64,000 nt of DNA, from assembly GCA_046483495.1 (NCBI GenBank), contig JAWODC010000074.1:1-64000 (forward strand), in the 5' to 3' direction. The stretch comes from Desulfobacterales bacterium (GTDB lineage Bacteria; Desulfobacterota; Desulfobacteria; Desulfobacterales; UBA5616). Each line of letters begins with the position of its first letter. Position 1 is the first letter of the stretch. The notes beneath the pieces are model-generated. The model worked only from the letters and a program-made list of their open reading frames with translations. It was not told the origin of the DNA and did not search any database. Shown piece by piece: positions 29,792 through 42,095 of this stretch. A program made the translations under genes and the position numbers.

Positions 29792-31042
29792 ATGACCGAA
29801 GATTTGAAAAAAATGTATAAAACAATGGCCGGAGACCCATTCCCTTCCAATATGGAAATCAGCTTTTTGGAAAAAGGCCGACGCCAGACCCTTTTTTATG
29901 AAAAGGTTTTGTGGAACATCGGCGGTGAAAAGAAGGGGTTGCGCTACGGAGAAAATCCCGGACAAGAGGCGGCTCTCTATAAACTCATCAACGGAAATCT
30001 GGTTCTGGGAGACACCCGAATGATCCATCCGGGCCGGTATCTGGCCTCGGATGTCGAACTGCTGCAATCGGGGAAACATCCCGGAAAAACGAATCTGACC
30101 GATACGGATAATGCACTGAATATTCTCAGGTATTTCTCTGAAAAGCCGACGGTGGTCATCGTCAAGCACAACAACCCCTCCGGTGCAGCCCAATCGGATT
30201 CATTGGAGGACGCTTACCGCAAGGCCTACATGGCTGACCGGGTTGCGGCCTTCGGAGGATGCATCGCATTGAATCGAGCCGTTGACAAGGCCACTGCGCA
30301 GGCCGTTTATGAGCAGTATGCCGAAGTGGTTGTAGCGCCGGATTTTGAAGCCGGTGTCATGGAAATTCTATCAAAGAAAAAAAATCTTCGGGTTATTCGG
30401 ATTGAAAATATCGCCCGACTGCACACATTTGTCGGCAGCCGGGTGGTGGATTTCAAAAGCCTGATCGACGGCGGGATTATCGCCCAATGGTCTTTCGTGC
30501 CCGTGACCCGGACAAAAGAAGACCTGAAAATCGCCGCATGTGAACACAACGGCAAGACTTACAGGATCAACCGCTATCCCACCGAAAAGGAATACGATGA
30601 TATGATTTTCGGATGGCTCGTCGAATCCGGCATCACATCGAATTCCGTTATTTTTATCAAGGATTTGGTTACCGTGGGAATCGGAACAGGGGAGCAGGAC
30701 CGTGTGGGTGTCGCCGAGATCGCCAAAGACAAGGCCTACCGGAAACTGAAAGATCGATACGCCTTCGAAGCTCACCAGACCCCCTATGTGGAACTGCGGG
30801 ATACGAATGCAAGAGAGGAAATCGACAACCGGGTGAGGCGGGAAAAAGGGGGGCTGTTGGGTGGGGCCATGGTCAGCGATGCCTTTTTTCCTTTCCGGGA
30901 CGGCGTGGACGTCGGTATCCGGGAAGGGATTTCCGCCGTTATTCAGCCCGGCGGCTCCAACAACGATTACCAGAGCATCGAGGCATGTAATGAATCGGGC
31001 GTCACCATGGTCTATACCGGGCAGCGGAGCTTTAAGCACTGA
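29792..31042 (+). CDS. purH: AICAR transformylase-like protein (PurH C-terminal domain as a separate gene)
   Basis: LRYGENPGQ, IVKHNNP, AAFGG, SDAFFPFRDG, IQPGGS. Confidence 0.88.
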   Translation: MTEDLKKMYKTMAGDPFPSNMEISFLEKGRRQTLFYEKVLWNIGGEKKGLRYGENPGQEAALYKLINGNLVLGDTRMIHPGRYLASDVELLQSGKHPGKTNLTDTDNALNILRYFSEKPTVVIVKHNNPSGAAQSDSLEDAYRKAYMADRVAAFGGCIALNRAVDKATAQAVYEQYAEVVVAPDFEAGVMEILSKKKNLRVIRIENIARLHTFVGSRVVDFKSLIDGGIIAQWSFVPVTRTKEDLKIAACEHNGKTYRINRYPTEKEYDDMIFGWLVESGITSNSVIFIKDLVTVGIGTGEQDRVGVAEIAKDKAYRKLKDRYAFEAHQTPYVELRDTNAREEIDNRVRREKGGLLGGAMVSDAFFPFRDGVDVGIREGISAVIQPGGSNNDYQSIEACNESGVTMVYTGQRSFKH

Positions 31043-31070
31043 AACATGCCCCGTTTATTTTTTTTAAATG

Positions 31071-31212
31071 GTGTCCATCCAGAAATTGGCAATTTCGCGT
31101 GAGTTCAAGGCGGGCGCAAGATCGAAATCGCAGGAATAGCGTGCTATTTTGAGGATTTCGATCTTGCGTCCAACGCAGAAATCGCGTGAAAGGGGCATTT
31201 ATGGATGGACAC
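31071..31212 (+). repeat. 142-bp palindromic intergenic element, copy 1
   Basis: Terminal IR GTGTCCATCCAGAAAT...ATTTATGGATGGACAC; internal perfect stem CGCAAGATCGAAATC/GATTTCGATCTTGCG; near-identical copy at 37235. Confidence 0.92.
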
Positions 31213-31264
31213 TGAATGAACCGATCTTCGAACAAGAACACACTGAATCAAGGAGAATACCGGC

Positions 31265-31558
31265 ATGGTTCCTGTTATAGCGAAACTGGGAGTCAAAGAG
31301 GGACACATGGGAAAAGCCGTCGAGATGGTCAAAAAACTGGTGGTCGAGGTGGCGAAGGAAGACGGCACATTAATTTACAAGTTCTGTAAAGATCCGAAAA
31401 ATCCCAACATGTTGGTTGTCATGGAGGCTTACAAAGACGGGGAAGCATTGAAGCGCCATTCGTCGACTCCCCACTTCAATGAATTCTTCGCCTCGTTTTC
31501 AACCATTATGGACGGGTCGCCGGAAATCATGATTTTAGAGGAAATCGCATCCATTTAA
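31265..31558 (+). CDS. Antibiotic biosynthesis monooxygenase (putative quinol monooxygenase) family protein
   Basis: 97 aa; EDGTLIY..E.YKD.EALKRH..TPHF; AAGGAG RBS. Confidence 0.85.
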   Translation: MVPVIAKLGVKEGHMGKAVEMVKKLVVEVAKEDGTLIYKFCKDPKNPNMLVVMEAYKDGEALKRHSSTPHFNEFFASFSTIMDGSPEIMILEEIASI

Positions 31559-31708
31559 GCCGGTTAAATGCCTTTTCGGGCGGTTTCCAATCCCGCCCAA
31601 GGATTTATTCGTCGGCCTGTCGGTGCTTCCGGGATCCCATCATGTTCATTGGGACGGCCTCTTCCGGCATCGCACCCGTGTCTTCAGCCGGATCCATCTT
31701 TCTTTCTT

Positions 31709-33512
<1,804 letters not shown>

Positions 33513-33597
33513 CGGTTTATTTTGCTGCAGTCAAAACGATCCTGCTTTCGAACCGCCGCACGTCGGTAAGAGAGCCATATACGGCATCCGAGAGGGG

Positions 33598-34470
33598 CTA
33601 TCGATACATTCGCTCGAAGTTTTCGATCAGCGATCGCGGTTCGGCCGACTCGGACGGTTTTCCCGAATCGATCTCGATCAGATGTTCGCCCCTGGTGCGT
33701 GGGTGGGCGGCTCGAATCATGCCGATATCGAATTGATCATCAGGAATCGTGACATCCCGATTTACGGCATCAACGATTATCTCCCGCACGTTGACCGCGT
33801 TGATGTTGAACTTCATGTGCATCGGATAACGGATGCCGTTCACTTCACGCCAATCCAGGAACACGATCTCCTTGCACGCCGGCTTACGTGCACCGCCTCT
33901 GTCCGGCGCAAGCCACCGAACCGGTAGAAAGGCTTCTTTGTCGAACCATATCTGCGGCCGGGATTCATCCGGATACCTGGCTCCGATGACATAAACGACC
34001 GAGCCATTGAACCGCCCGAGGCTGGATATGGATACATCCACCCCCAGTTCCAGCAGATGCTGTTGGAGGGCAGATCGTGAACGGCCGATCAGAAGATCGG
34101 GATAGCGTTCGAAAATCGATTCCTCGACATCAGAAAGTTTGCCGTCGATGACGGTTACGGAACGGCCGTTTGATCGCGCATAAACCCATTCCCGCCCCCC
34201 TTCCGATATTTCCATGCGATATTTGTCGGGGTGCTTATATGTTAAAATCTGAAAAAGTTCAAGCGAATGAGTGGATTCATGCGTCTTAAGCCGCTGCCGA
34301 ACCGCTACATTACCGGCTTTTCCCTGGTTTTTGACGTACATATCCAGTATGTGGGCGCCCTCCAGAACGTACCCGTAAGCGGCAGAACCCATTCCGATGA
34401 AGGCCGCTGCCGCCCCGATGACGAAAATCCGGTGTGTCTGCATGATTTCGGTTATAAACCTGATCATCAT
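33598..34470 (-). CDS. Exported LolA-like / outer-membrane lipoprotein-sorting-type protein
   Basis: Signal-peptide-like N-terminus, beta-rich pattern ([21 protein letters not shown]); ATGA overlap with the eno stop. Confidence 0.55.
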   Translation of the reverse strand: MMIRFITEIMQTHRIFVIGAAAAFIGMGSAAYGYVLEGAHILDMYVKNQGKAGNVAVRQRLKTHESTHSLELFQILTYKHPDKYRMEISEGGREWVYARSNGRSVTVIDGKLSDVEESIFERYPDLLIGRSRSALQQHLLELGVDVSISSLGRFNGSVVYVIGARYPDESRPQIWFDKEAFLPVRWLAPDRGGARKPACKEIVFLDWREVNGIRYPMHMKFNINAVNVREIIVDAVNRDVTIPDDQFDIGMIRAAHPRTRGEHLIEIDSGKPSESAEPRSLIENFERMYR

Positions 34471-35744
34471 TTTGCGATGAAAAGCTCATCGGAAAACCGG
34501 GCTGCCTCACCCAGTTCTTCCTCGATTCTGATCAGTTGGTTGTATTTGGCAATCCGGTCGCTGCGGGACAACGATCCCGTTTTGATCTGACCACCGTTTA
34601 TCGCCACGACAAGATCGGAAATAAACGTATCCTCCGTTTCCCCGGATCTGTGGGAAATGACCGTCGTATACCCGGCCTGTTTTGCCATTTCGATGGCCTC
34701 TAATGTTTCGGTTACGGTGCCGATCTGATTGAGTTTTATAAGAATGGAATTGGCTATGCCGTTTTCGATGCCCTTTGCAAAAATCTCCGGATTGGTCACG
34801 AATATGTCGTCTCCGACGATTTGAATGGCCCCCTCCAACCGGTCGGTCATCACTTCCCAGTTATCCCAATCTTTTTCAGCCAGGCCGTCCTCGATTGAAA
34901 TAATCGGATAGGATTCGATCAATTTTTCATAGTAGTCAATCAATTCCTCCGCCGTAAATGACTTGTTTTCCGATTTCAGTTCATATCGTTTATTCTTGTA
35001 GAATTCATTGGCGGCGGCATCCATGGCGATTGCGATGTCCACACCCGGTTTATACCCCGCCTGTTCGACGGCCTTCATGATGTATTTAATCGCGTCTTCA
35101 TTGCTCTCCAGATCCGGTGCGAATCCGCCCTCATCCCCTACCGCTGTATAATGGCCTTCCTTTTTCAGAATCTCTTTCAGGGCATGGAAGGTTTCAGCAC
35201 CCATTTGAACGGCCTGCACCATGCGCTTTGCGCCAATCGGAACAATCATGAATTCCTGAATATCCAAGCTGTTGGCGGCATGGGCGCCACCGTTTACGAT
35301 ATTCATCATGGGGACTGGCAGATAACGGGCATTGACACCACCCAGATACCGGTACAACGGCAAAACGTATGCAGCGGCGGCGGCACGGGAAACGGCCATG
35401 GAAACGCCCAATATGGCATTGGCGCCAAGCTTGGACTTATTGGGGGTCCCGTCCAGATCGATCATTGCTTTGTCAACAGCAACCTGATCGGAGGCATCCA
35501 TACCGCAAACCGCCGGGGCGATAACGTCAACAACGTTCTTGACAGCGGTCGCAACGCCTTTACCCCCGTATCGTTTCAGACGCTTATCCCGCAGTTCGAG
35601 TGCCTCTCTGGAGCCTGTCGATGCTCCGGAAGGAACCGCCGCCCGCCCTGTTGCACCGCAGGCTAAAATCACATCCGCCTCCACGGTCGGGTTGCCCCGG
35701 GAATCCAGAATCTCTCTCGCCCGAATATCGATTATCTCAGTCAT
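34467..35744 (-). CDS. eno: Enolase
   Basis: [49 protein letters not shown] before ATG 35744. Confidence 0.99.
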   Translation of the reverse strand: MTEIIDIRAREILDSRGNPTVEADVILACGATGRAAVPSGASTGSREALELRDKRLKRYGGKGVATAVKNVVDVIAPAVCGMDASDQVAVDKAMIDLDGTPNKSKLGANAILGVSMAVSRAAAAAYVLPLYRYLGGVNARYLPVPMMNIVNGGAHAANSLDIQEFMIVPIGAKRMVQAVQMGAETFHALKEILKKEGHYTAVGDEGGFAPDLESNEDAIKYIMKAVEQAGYKPGVDIAIAMDAAANEFYKNKRYELKSENKSFTAEELIDYYEKLIESYPIISIEDGLAEKDWDNWEVMTDRLEGAIQIVGDDIFVTNPEIFAKGIENGIANSILIKLNQIGTVTETLEAIEMAKQAGYTTVISHRSGETEDTFISDLVVAINGGQIKTGSLSRSDRIAKYNQLIRIEEELGEAARFSDELFIAK

Positions 35745-35986
35745 GGCATCCTCCTTGCAAAAATAAATTCCAAAAAAATCCCCGCCTCCCGACGGCGACC
35801 GGAAACTTGACAAACACCATATTTAATGATTACTCATAGCGGAAACATGAGGAAAAATCCGATTCGGTATGTGATGATTTCGCGCATCCATTTTAATGAA
35901 GACCGGTCGGCTGCTGTGTCAATCAGGGTTTTATATGTTCTTTACTGTGCTACGAATCATTTATTTTTTCAATTAAAAAAAACGCC

Positions 35987-36400
35987 ATGGACAAAAAAGA
36001 GTTCTATCATAAAGCACATCTTACGGTCGCGGCCATTCGCATTCTCGAGCATCAAAACGGTATGCCGCCGGCTGTCGACACGTTGAGTTCCATGCTGCGT
36101 TTTTCGCTGGAGGAAAGCCAGTACCTCTGCCGCAAACTCAGCGACTTAGGCATCATCGACATTGTCGAAGGCGCTTATGGAATGAAACTGTTTGTCAAAA
36201 ATCATCTCGGACTTGAAGATATCCCCAATTCCGTGGATGATTCCAGCCTTAAAGAAGACCTCGATAAATTTATGAGCTCAAAAAAAACACTCGAGAAAGA
36301 AATAGCTTCAATCAAGGCCAAGCAGGAAAAAAAGCAAAAAGACCTTTTCGCCGAAATAGACCGGAAGCTCAAAAAGTCGATGGATCCCAAATCATCCTGA
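35987..36400 (+). CDS. Hypothetical protein (possible winged helix plus charged coiled coil)
   Basis: Fills the intergenic gap; LCRKLSDLGIIDIV pattern; K/E-rich C-terminus. Confidence 0.7.
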   Translation: MDKKEFYHKAHLTVAAIRILEHQNGMPPAVDTLSSMLRFSLEESQYLCRKLSDLGIIDIVEGAYGMKLFVKNHLGLEDIPNSVDDSSLKEDLDKFMSSKKTLEKEIASIKAKQEKKQKDLFAEIDRKLKKSMDPKSS

Positions 36401-36445
36401 CCTGATGCTGTTCGAATCCATCCCCGCCGTGAGAGGAACAGACCC

Positions 36446-37222
36446 ATGAAATCCGTTATCTATGAAGTAAAAGACAAAATCGCAACGATTACCATCAACC
36501 GGCCGGAAGCACTGAACGCCTGCGATATGGCCACTTACGAACGCCTTGGAAAAGCATGGCGGGATTTTCGGGACGACGATGATGCATGGGTTGCCATTAT
36601 CACCGGTATGGGAGAAAAGGCCTTTTGCGCCGGAAGCGATATCAAGCAGAATTTCTCGGAGGTCCCTCATCCGTCGGAAGCATTCGATCCCGCTGCAAAA
36701 GATACCCTGACCCATGGATTGGAGATTTTCAAACCGATCATTGCCGCCATAAACGGCCATTGCAACGGCGGTGGCTTGGAATTGGCCTTGGCATGCGATA
36801 TCCGTGTCGCCGCCGATAATGCCCGGTTCGGCCTGGGTGAGGTAAAACTGGGCCTATTGCCGGGCGGCGGCGGTACCCAAAGGCTTCCCAGGGCCGTTAG
36901 CCTGTGCAATGCGCTTTGGCTTCTGTACACCGGAGAACGCATCGATGCACAAGAGGCTTACCGCATCGGTTTGGTCAACCGGGTGGTGCCGCTGCCGGAG
37001 CTCATGTCAACGGCGGCATCCATGGCGAAAAAAATTTTGGCGGCCGGCCCCCTGGCGGTTCGTGCGATAAAGCAGGCCGCAATAAAAGGACTGAATATGC
37101 CGTTGGAAGACGGGTTGCGTCTGGAGCAGAATCTTTTCCGCATGCTTCGCCTGACCGAAGACAGTCGGGAAGGCACTCGTGCGTTTGCCGAAAAGCGCGA
37201 ACCGATATGGAAGGCGCGCTGA
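36446..37222 (+). CDS. Enoyl-CoA hydratase/isomerase family protein
   Basis: INRPEALNA, AFCAGSD, GGGLELALACD, FGLGEVKLGLLPGGGGTQRL. Confidence 0.93.
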   Translation: MKSVIYEVKDKIATITINRPEALNACDMATYERLGKAWRDFRDDDDAWVAIITGMGEKAFCAGSDIKQNFSEVPHPSEAFDPAAKDTLTHGLEIFKPIIAAINGHCNGGGLELALACDIRVAADNARFGLGEVKLGLLPGGGGTQRLPRAVSLCNALWLLYTGERIDAQEAYRIGLVNRVVPLPELMSTAASMAKKILAAGPLAVRAIKQAAIKGLNMPLEDGLRLEQNLFRMLRLTEDSREGTRAFAEKREPIWKAR

Positions 37223-37234
37223 ACACAATAGTTA

Positions 37235-37376
37235 GTGGCCATCCAGAAATAGGCTATTTCGAGTGAGTTCAAGGCGGGCGCAAGATCGAAACCACAGAAA
37301 TAGTGTGCTATTTTTAGGATTTCGGTTTTGCGTCCAACGCAGAAATCGCGTGAAAGAGCCATTTCTGGATGGGCAC
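37235..37376 (+). repeat. 142-bp palindromic intergenic element, copy 2
   Basis: GTGGCCATCCAGAAAT...ATTTCTGGATGGGCAC; colinear with 31071-31212; sits between convergent genes and abuts the stop codon at 37377. Confidence 0.92.
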
Positions 37377-37793
37377 TCATCTGCTTAAACGCAGTATCGC
37401 CAGTATTTCCTCCTTGCTGAACAAGGTCCCCTTCCCGATGCCGGGACATTCTTTTTCAACCTGCCGCCATGTCAACTCGGACCGCAGGTTCTCGAACCAG
37501 AACGGAAATGTTCGACATTGAACCGGACGGACAGGATATATCCGGCATCCATTTTCGTAAAACAGACATCGCCCCCGGTCATCTTCACGGACGGAATAGG
37601 CATCCCGGTAAGGGTAGAGGTATCGTTCAATCACATGCAAAATGGGGGTGTGCAGAAAATCGGAGATGCTTTTAATCTCATTGTTTCCAACATAAACGGT
37701 GCCGGGTTCGCCGGCACAGCATTTACCGCATTGTAGGCAGGCAAACCGAATTCCCTCATCGAAAAAGTAGTGTCGCTTAAACAGGGCTTCCAT
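37377..37793 (-). CDS. YkgJ-family cysteine cluster protein
   Basis: CLQCGKCC, CLFY..GCRIYPVRPVQCRTFPF, ECPG. Confidence 0.88.
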   Translation of the reverse strand: MEALFKRHYFFDEGIRFACLQCGKCCAGEPGTVYVGNNEIKSISDFLHTPILHVIERYLYPYRDAYSVREDDRGRCLFYENGCRIYPVRPVQCRTFPFWFENLRSELTWRQVEKECPGIGKGTLFSKEEILAILRLSR

Positions 37794-37861
37794 AATGCCT
37801 GCGACGGATAAGTTTACGTGATTTATGGAAGAAGGGCCTCGGTTGCCTCCTCTTTCCCGTC

Positions 37862-38320
37862 TTAATCGATTTCCGGGTGGGCGGCAGCTGCCTTTCGCTT
37901 CAGAACGCGAATGATTCTGGGGCGATATTCTTCTTTATTTCCCATTTCATTACCCGTTTTTTTGACAACCCAAACGGAAACAAAGAAAAAGGAAAATGCC
38001 AAAACCGCCGACAGCACGGAGGGGTCCATCAGAAACCGCGGGGCAAGTTTTTCACCAATCATTGCTCCAAAAATCATAAATAAAATAGGAAACAGATAAA
38101 GCATAAAGGTCGCTTTTAAAAAAGGCCGTGTATCGATCTGGATCACGACCTCGTCACCCTGTTTGGCCCCAACCCTGTTCACCGCCTCCACTTCCATGTC
38201 GTTGCCTTTCGTGGTGCAGGAATGTTGAGCGGAGCACGCGGCACAGGCTTCCGACTTCATGGTTTTAACCAGAGCCACTCCTTCTACGATTCTCAGGACC
38301 CTGCCCTGTTCCGTTGCCAA
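37862..38320 (-). CDS. rseC: RseC/MucC-family protein
   Basis: EQGRV..SEACAACSAQHSC, GAKQGDEV, two TM helices, YLFP. Confidence 0.85.
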   Translation of the reverse strand: MATEQGRVLRIVEGVALVKTMKSEACAACSAQHSCTTKGNDMEVEAVNRVGAKQGDEVVIQIDTRPFLKATFMLYLFPILFMIFGAMIGEKLAPRFLMDPSVLSAVLAFSFFFVSVWVVKKTGNEMGNKEEYRPRIIRVLKRKAAAAHPEID

Positions 38321-38335
38321 AATCCAACCCCCTTT

Positions 38336-40420
38336 TTATACGACGTTTTCCGGTTTTTCAGTGCGGTTTTTATCGCCATCGTTTTTATAACAGATCAATC
38401 CGCACTGCAAACACCGATCCGCTTCCTTTCCGGCCTGGGTTTCATCGAAACCCTTTTCGATTTCACCGGATTGCGCCAGCTCTTTCTCACCGGCCATCGG
38501 CATGATCTGCCGCGGAACGGGGGTTACACCTTCGAGCGAATCCACGTCCTGGTAAACCGACCGGGCCGTCAATACGTTCTCGGGCAGAAAAATTTCAATA
38601 TCGTACATAATCTTGTGAATGGTGGCCGCAGCCCTTCTGCCAGCGGCTATGGCTTTAATGGCAGCGGAGAAATCCGTCAACACGTCCGCTTCGGACATCA
38701 TTCCGACAGCATCGGCAAACAGGGGCAGATTGTAGGGTTCGAAAGCTTCCCAATGGACAGGACGGTTTGCCGATGAATTTTCATCCTCCATGGCTTCATC
38801 CGGCTCCAGTCTTTTAAAAATCAATTCAGGGAACCGTCCGGATGAGAGGATAAGGTTGTTCGCCTCAATGGACTCGGTGGTATGCGTTTGCAAATTTTCA
38901 ATCTCGACTTCACACAGACGGTCGGCTTCTCCAATCAGCCGTGTGACGGCGCACCCAAAATGAACCGCGATGCCGTCGCCTTCCAGTTTGTCCGCATCGA
39001 TTTGTGTGTCCTCGGCATAATGTTGGGGACCTTCCCTGAAAAGGATATGGACCTTGCCGGCTCCGATCGATTTTAAAATGCCGGCCGCTTCGACAGCCAA
39101 TTCCCCGCCGCCCACGATGACGGCATCTCCGGAAACGGACAGTCCGTATTTGTTTTCACTGCCTGATTTCATCACATCCAGCAGCAAGTATGCGCCGGGA
39201 ACGGCTTGTTCACCAACATGAACAGCTCCCCTGGCCAAGCGGCTGTCCCAGCCGCCGGAAGCCAGAAATACGGCATCGTATCCATTTTCAAGCAGAGAAG
39301 CCGCAGTAAAATCCGTTCCCATCGTTTGTCCCGGTTTCAATGCCACCCCGATTTCCCGAATGCCTTCGATATCCCAGTCCAGAACCTCACGGGGCAGCCG
39401 CTCCCGGGCAATTGCCGTGCGCAACAGTCCGCCCATTTCAGAGGATGCTTCATAAACGGTGGCATCGTGCCCAAGTCGGGCTGAGAAAAATGCCGTGGAC
39501 AACCCCTGCACCCCGCCGCCGATTACAGCGATTTTTCGGCCCGTGCTCGGCGCTTTGTAAGGCTGGCTCCGTTTTCCGGTTTGCCGCTCGTAATCCGCGA
39601 CAAATCGTTTCAGGTAGTTGATCGCGACCGGTTCGTCGACGAGTTTTCGGCGGCATTCCAGTTCACAAGGGCGTGGACAAATTCGTCCGATGACGGAGGG
39701 AAAGGGATTCCGTTCCTTTATAACCTGGACCGAGCGCTCATAATTTCCCAGCGTGATTTGACGAATGTATTCACGAATATCGATGCCTGCCGGACAGGCC
39801 CGCTGACAGGGTGTTGTGCAGTCATCAACCGTGTATTCAAGCAGAATTCTGCGCGTGACCGAGGAGAGCTTGATGATATGCTTCGGACAGACCCTTTCAC
39901 AGGTGCCGCACCCCGTGCACTTTTCGTTGTCTACGGCAGGAATGCCGTCGGGCCCCATGGTAATCGCATCAAACGGACAGGCCCTTGCGCAGGTTCCCAG
40001 TCCGAGACATCCGATCGTACATACTTTCATGCCGCCGCTGATCAATGCCGCAGCACGGCAGTCATTGATGCCGTTGTACAAAAATTTCGTTTTCGCTTCC
40101 GCCACACCGTAAGTGCATCCCGGCAAGGCGATATCCGGCTCTTTTGCCTCGACCGAGATTCCCAATATCGCAGCAACGGCCTCGGCGACATCCGCTCCCG
40201 CGGCCACACACGAGGTTGGTGGTGATTTGCCGGCCACGATTGCCTCGGCATTCGAACTGCAACCCGGAAAACCGCATCCGCCGCAATTGGCCCCCGGCAA
40301 CGCGTCTTCCACAGCGAGAACCTTTGGATCGACATAAACATAGAAAACCTTGGATGCGGCCGCCAAGAGCGTACCGATCAGGATTCCCAATCCACCCATT
40401 ATAATGACTGCTTCGATCAT
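38336..40420 (-). CDS. rnfB: Second RnfB-like protein fused to a GltD-like FAD-dependent oxidoreductase domain
   Basis: TM, LPGANCGGCGFPGC, CTGCGTCERVCP, TPCQRACPAGID, GRICPRPCE..C, IAVIGGG, C-terminal RCLQCGLIC; GGAGG RBS. Confidence 0.88.
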   Translation of the reverse strand: MIEAVIIMGGLGILIGTLLAAASKVFYVYVDPKVLAVEDALPGANCGGCGFPGCSSNAEAIVAGKSPPTSCVAAGADVAEAVAAILGISVEAKEPDIALPGCTYGVAEAKTKFLYNGINDCRAAALISGGMKVCTIGCLGLGTCARACPFDAITMGPDGIPAVDNEKCTGCGTCERVCPKHIIKLSSVTRRILLEYTVDDCTTPCQRACPAGIDIREYIRQITLGNYERSVQVIKERNPFPSVIGRICPRPCELECRRKLVDEPVAINYLKRFVADYERQTGKRSQPYKAPSTGRKIAVIGGGVQGLSTAFFSARLGHDATVYEASSEMGGLLRTAIARERLPREVLDWDIEGIREIGVALKPGQTMGTDFTAASLLENGYDAVFLASGGWDSRLARGAVHVGEQAVPGAYLLLDVMKSGSENKYGLSVSGDAVIVGGGELAVEAAGILKSIGAGKVHILFREGPQHYAEDTQIDADKLEGDGIAVHFGCAVTRLIGEADRLCEVEIENLQTHTTESIEANNLILSSGRFPELIFKRLEPDEAMEDENSSANRPVHWEAFEPYNLPLFADAVGMMSEADVLTDFSAAIKAIAAGRRAAATIHKIMYDIEIFLPENVLTARSVYQDVDSLEGVTPVPRQIMPMAGEKELAQSGEIEKGFDETQAGKEADRCLQCGLICYKNDGDKNRTEKPENVV

Positions 40421-40503
40421 AAAGCGACCTCCGGACAAAAATTTGCCCGTTTTATTATGTCGTTAAAAGCTCAATATCCTTTTTTTTATTCGGGCGATAA
40501 AAA

Positions 40504-40857
40504 CTACCACGACCCATCCAGCCCTCGAAGCCCGTTCATGTACAAACGGCCGCTGGCCACGAACATTGAATACTGCGTTTGCAGAATAGGCACATTAAAC
40601 GATTCGGCCATCTCGATCACCCGTTCGCCGGGCATCTTCCCCCTGACAAATACGATGGCCCCGACCCCCGCCACCTTTGCGACACGCAGCACCCGTTCGG
40701 TAGGAACGCCTGTCAGCAGAACCGAGCCCTCCGCAAGCGCCGCTAAGATGTCGTCCATTAAATCGGCCGATCCTGCTGCGACGACCTCTTTGTCCAACTG
40801 GTCCTCCCCGACCAGAACCGTCGCCTTTAAGGTTTCCATAACTTCTCTGATTTTCAT
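40504..40857 (-). CDS. DRTGG-domain protein
   Basis: GSADLMDDILA..VLLTG..AIVFVRGK..MFVASGRLY..GL. Confidence 0.82.
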   Translation of the reverse strand: MKIREVMETLKATVLVGEDQLDKEVVAAGSADLMDDILAALAEGSVLLTGVPTERVLRVAKVAGVGAIVFVRGKMPGERVIEMAESFNVPILQTQYSMFVASGRLYMNGLRGLDGSW

Positions 40858-41108
40858 GACTTTACCCGCTTTTTTAAGGAAGCGCTTCCTGATTTTATCG
40901 CTTGGGTTTTCAGAAGCAGTGTTTTTTTCGGCATTCCCGATGTTTTTGTTTAAACCAATGAAATTACAACTAAACTTTCATTACCCAAAAAAAATGAATA
41001 TTTCACAATCACAATGAAATGTCAATGGTCTCATCCGGTTAATCTCCGGTTTGACGGCAAAAATTGACGTCCGCCCGGATCGGCCGGCATTCCCGGTCGT
41101 CCAATCCC

Positions 41109-41137
41109 TTGACGGAGCGATCATCGTCACCTATGAT
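41109..41137 (+). promoter_or_regulatory. Candidate sigma70 promoter for the PNP gene
   Basis: TTGACG, 17 nt, TATGAT; overlaps an inverted repeat TGACG-N10-CGTCA. Confidence 0.65.
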
Positions 41138-41199
41138 TCGGTTTGTTCACATTCTGTCAACCCTTAAAAGTAATGGAATCGATGATAGGCGGAGGGAAC

Positions 41200-42024
41200 A
41201 TGGATCAACGGGAAAAAGCCGTGGAAACGGCAAATTTTTTAAGGCGGCAGTGGAATGCAACGCCTCGAATCGGCCTTTTTACCGGCACGGGATTGGGGGA
41301 TACAGCGGGGATGCTCGAGGATAAAATTACATTGGATTACGCCCACATTCCCCACTTTCCTGTTTCCACGGTTCAGAGCCATCGCGGCAAACTCGTTTTC
41401 GGCGGCCTTTCCGGAAAACAGGTGATCGCACTTCAGGGGCGGTTCCATCTATATGAAGGATATTCAGCAGAACAGGTCACCTTCCCCATCCGGGTCATGC
41501 AGGCGTTGGGGGTAACTACTATCATTCTCACAAACGCATCCGGCGGTGTAAACCCCGGGTTCAATGCAGGGGATATCATGGTGATGATCGACCATATCAA
41601 CCTTACCGGTGACAATCCTTTGATCGGACCCAATATTGACGCATGGGGGGACCGATTTCCCGATATGACGGCTGCCTATGACCGTGAGCTGATCGCTCTG
41701 GCCTTGCAGGCAGCCGATAAACACAAGGCGCCGCTGCAAAAAGGCGTCTATGCAGGGCTTAAAGGGCCTTCCCTGGAAACGCCGGCTGAAATCCGGTTTT
41801 TAAGAACAATCGGCGCCGATGCCGTGGGATTCTCGACCGTTTTGGAAGTCATCGCGGCGGTTCATGCAAACATTCCCGTTCTAGGCCTCTCGATCATCAC
41901 CAACGTCCACATCCCGGATGCGCCGATTCCTGCATCCGTGGAGGACATCATTGAAACGGCTCGCAAGACCGGGCCGGCATTGGAAAACATCATCCGGCAT
42001 GTCGTTGAAGGGATGTCCGACTGA
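41200..42024 (+). CDS. Purine-nucleoside phosphorylase (trimeric NP-I type)
   Basis: GTGLG, QGRFHLYEG, TNASGG, DHIN, GPSLET.AE, AVGFST, SIITN. Confidence 0.93.
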   Translation: MDQREKAVETANFLRRQWNATPRIGLFTGTGLGDTAGMLEDKITLDYAHIPHFPVSTVQSHRGKLVFGGLSGKQVIALQGRFHLYEGYSAEQVTFPIRVMQALGVTTIILTNASGGVNPGFNAGDIMVMIDHINLTGDNPLIGPNIDAWGDRFPDMTAAYDRELIALALQAADKHKAPLQKGVYAGLKGPSLETPAEIRFLRTIGADAVGFSTVLEVIAAVHANIPVLGLSIITNVHIPDAPIPASVEDIIETARKTGPALENIIRHVVEGMSD

Positions 42025-42095
42025 AAAGGGGCACTCAAGCGGACCAAAGGTCGGCCATAACCGTGATAGGCTCACGATGTTCCAAGGCAAACGGT

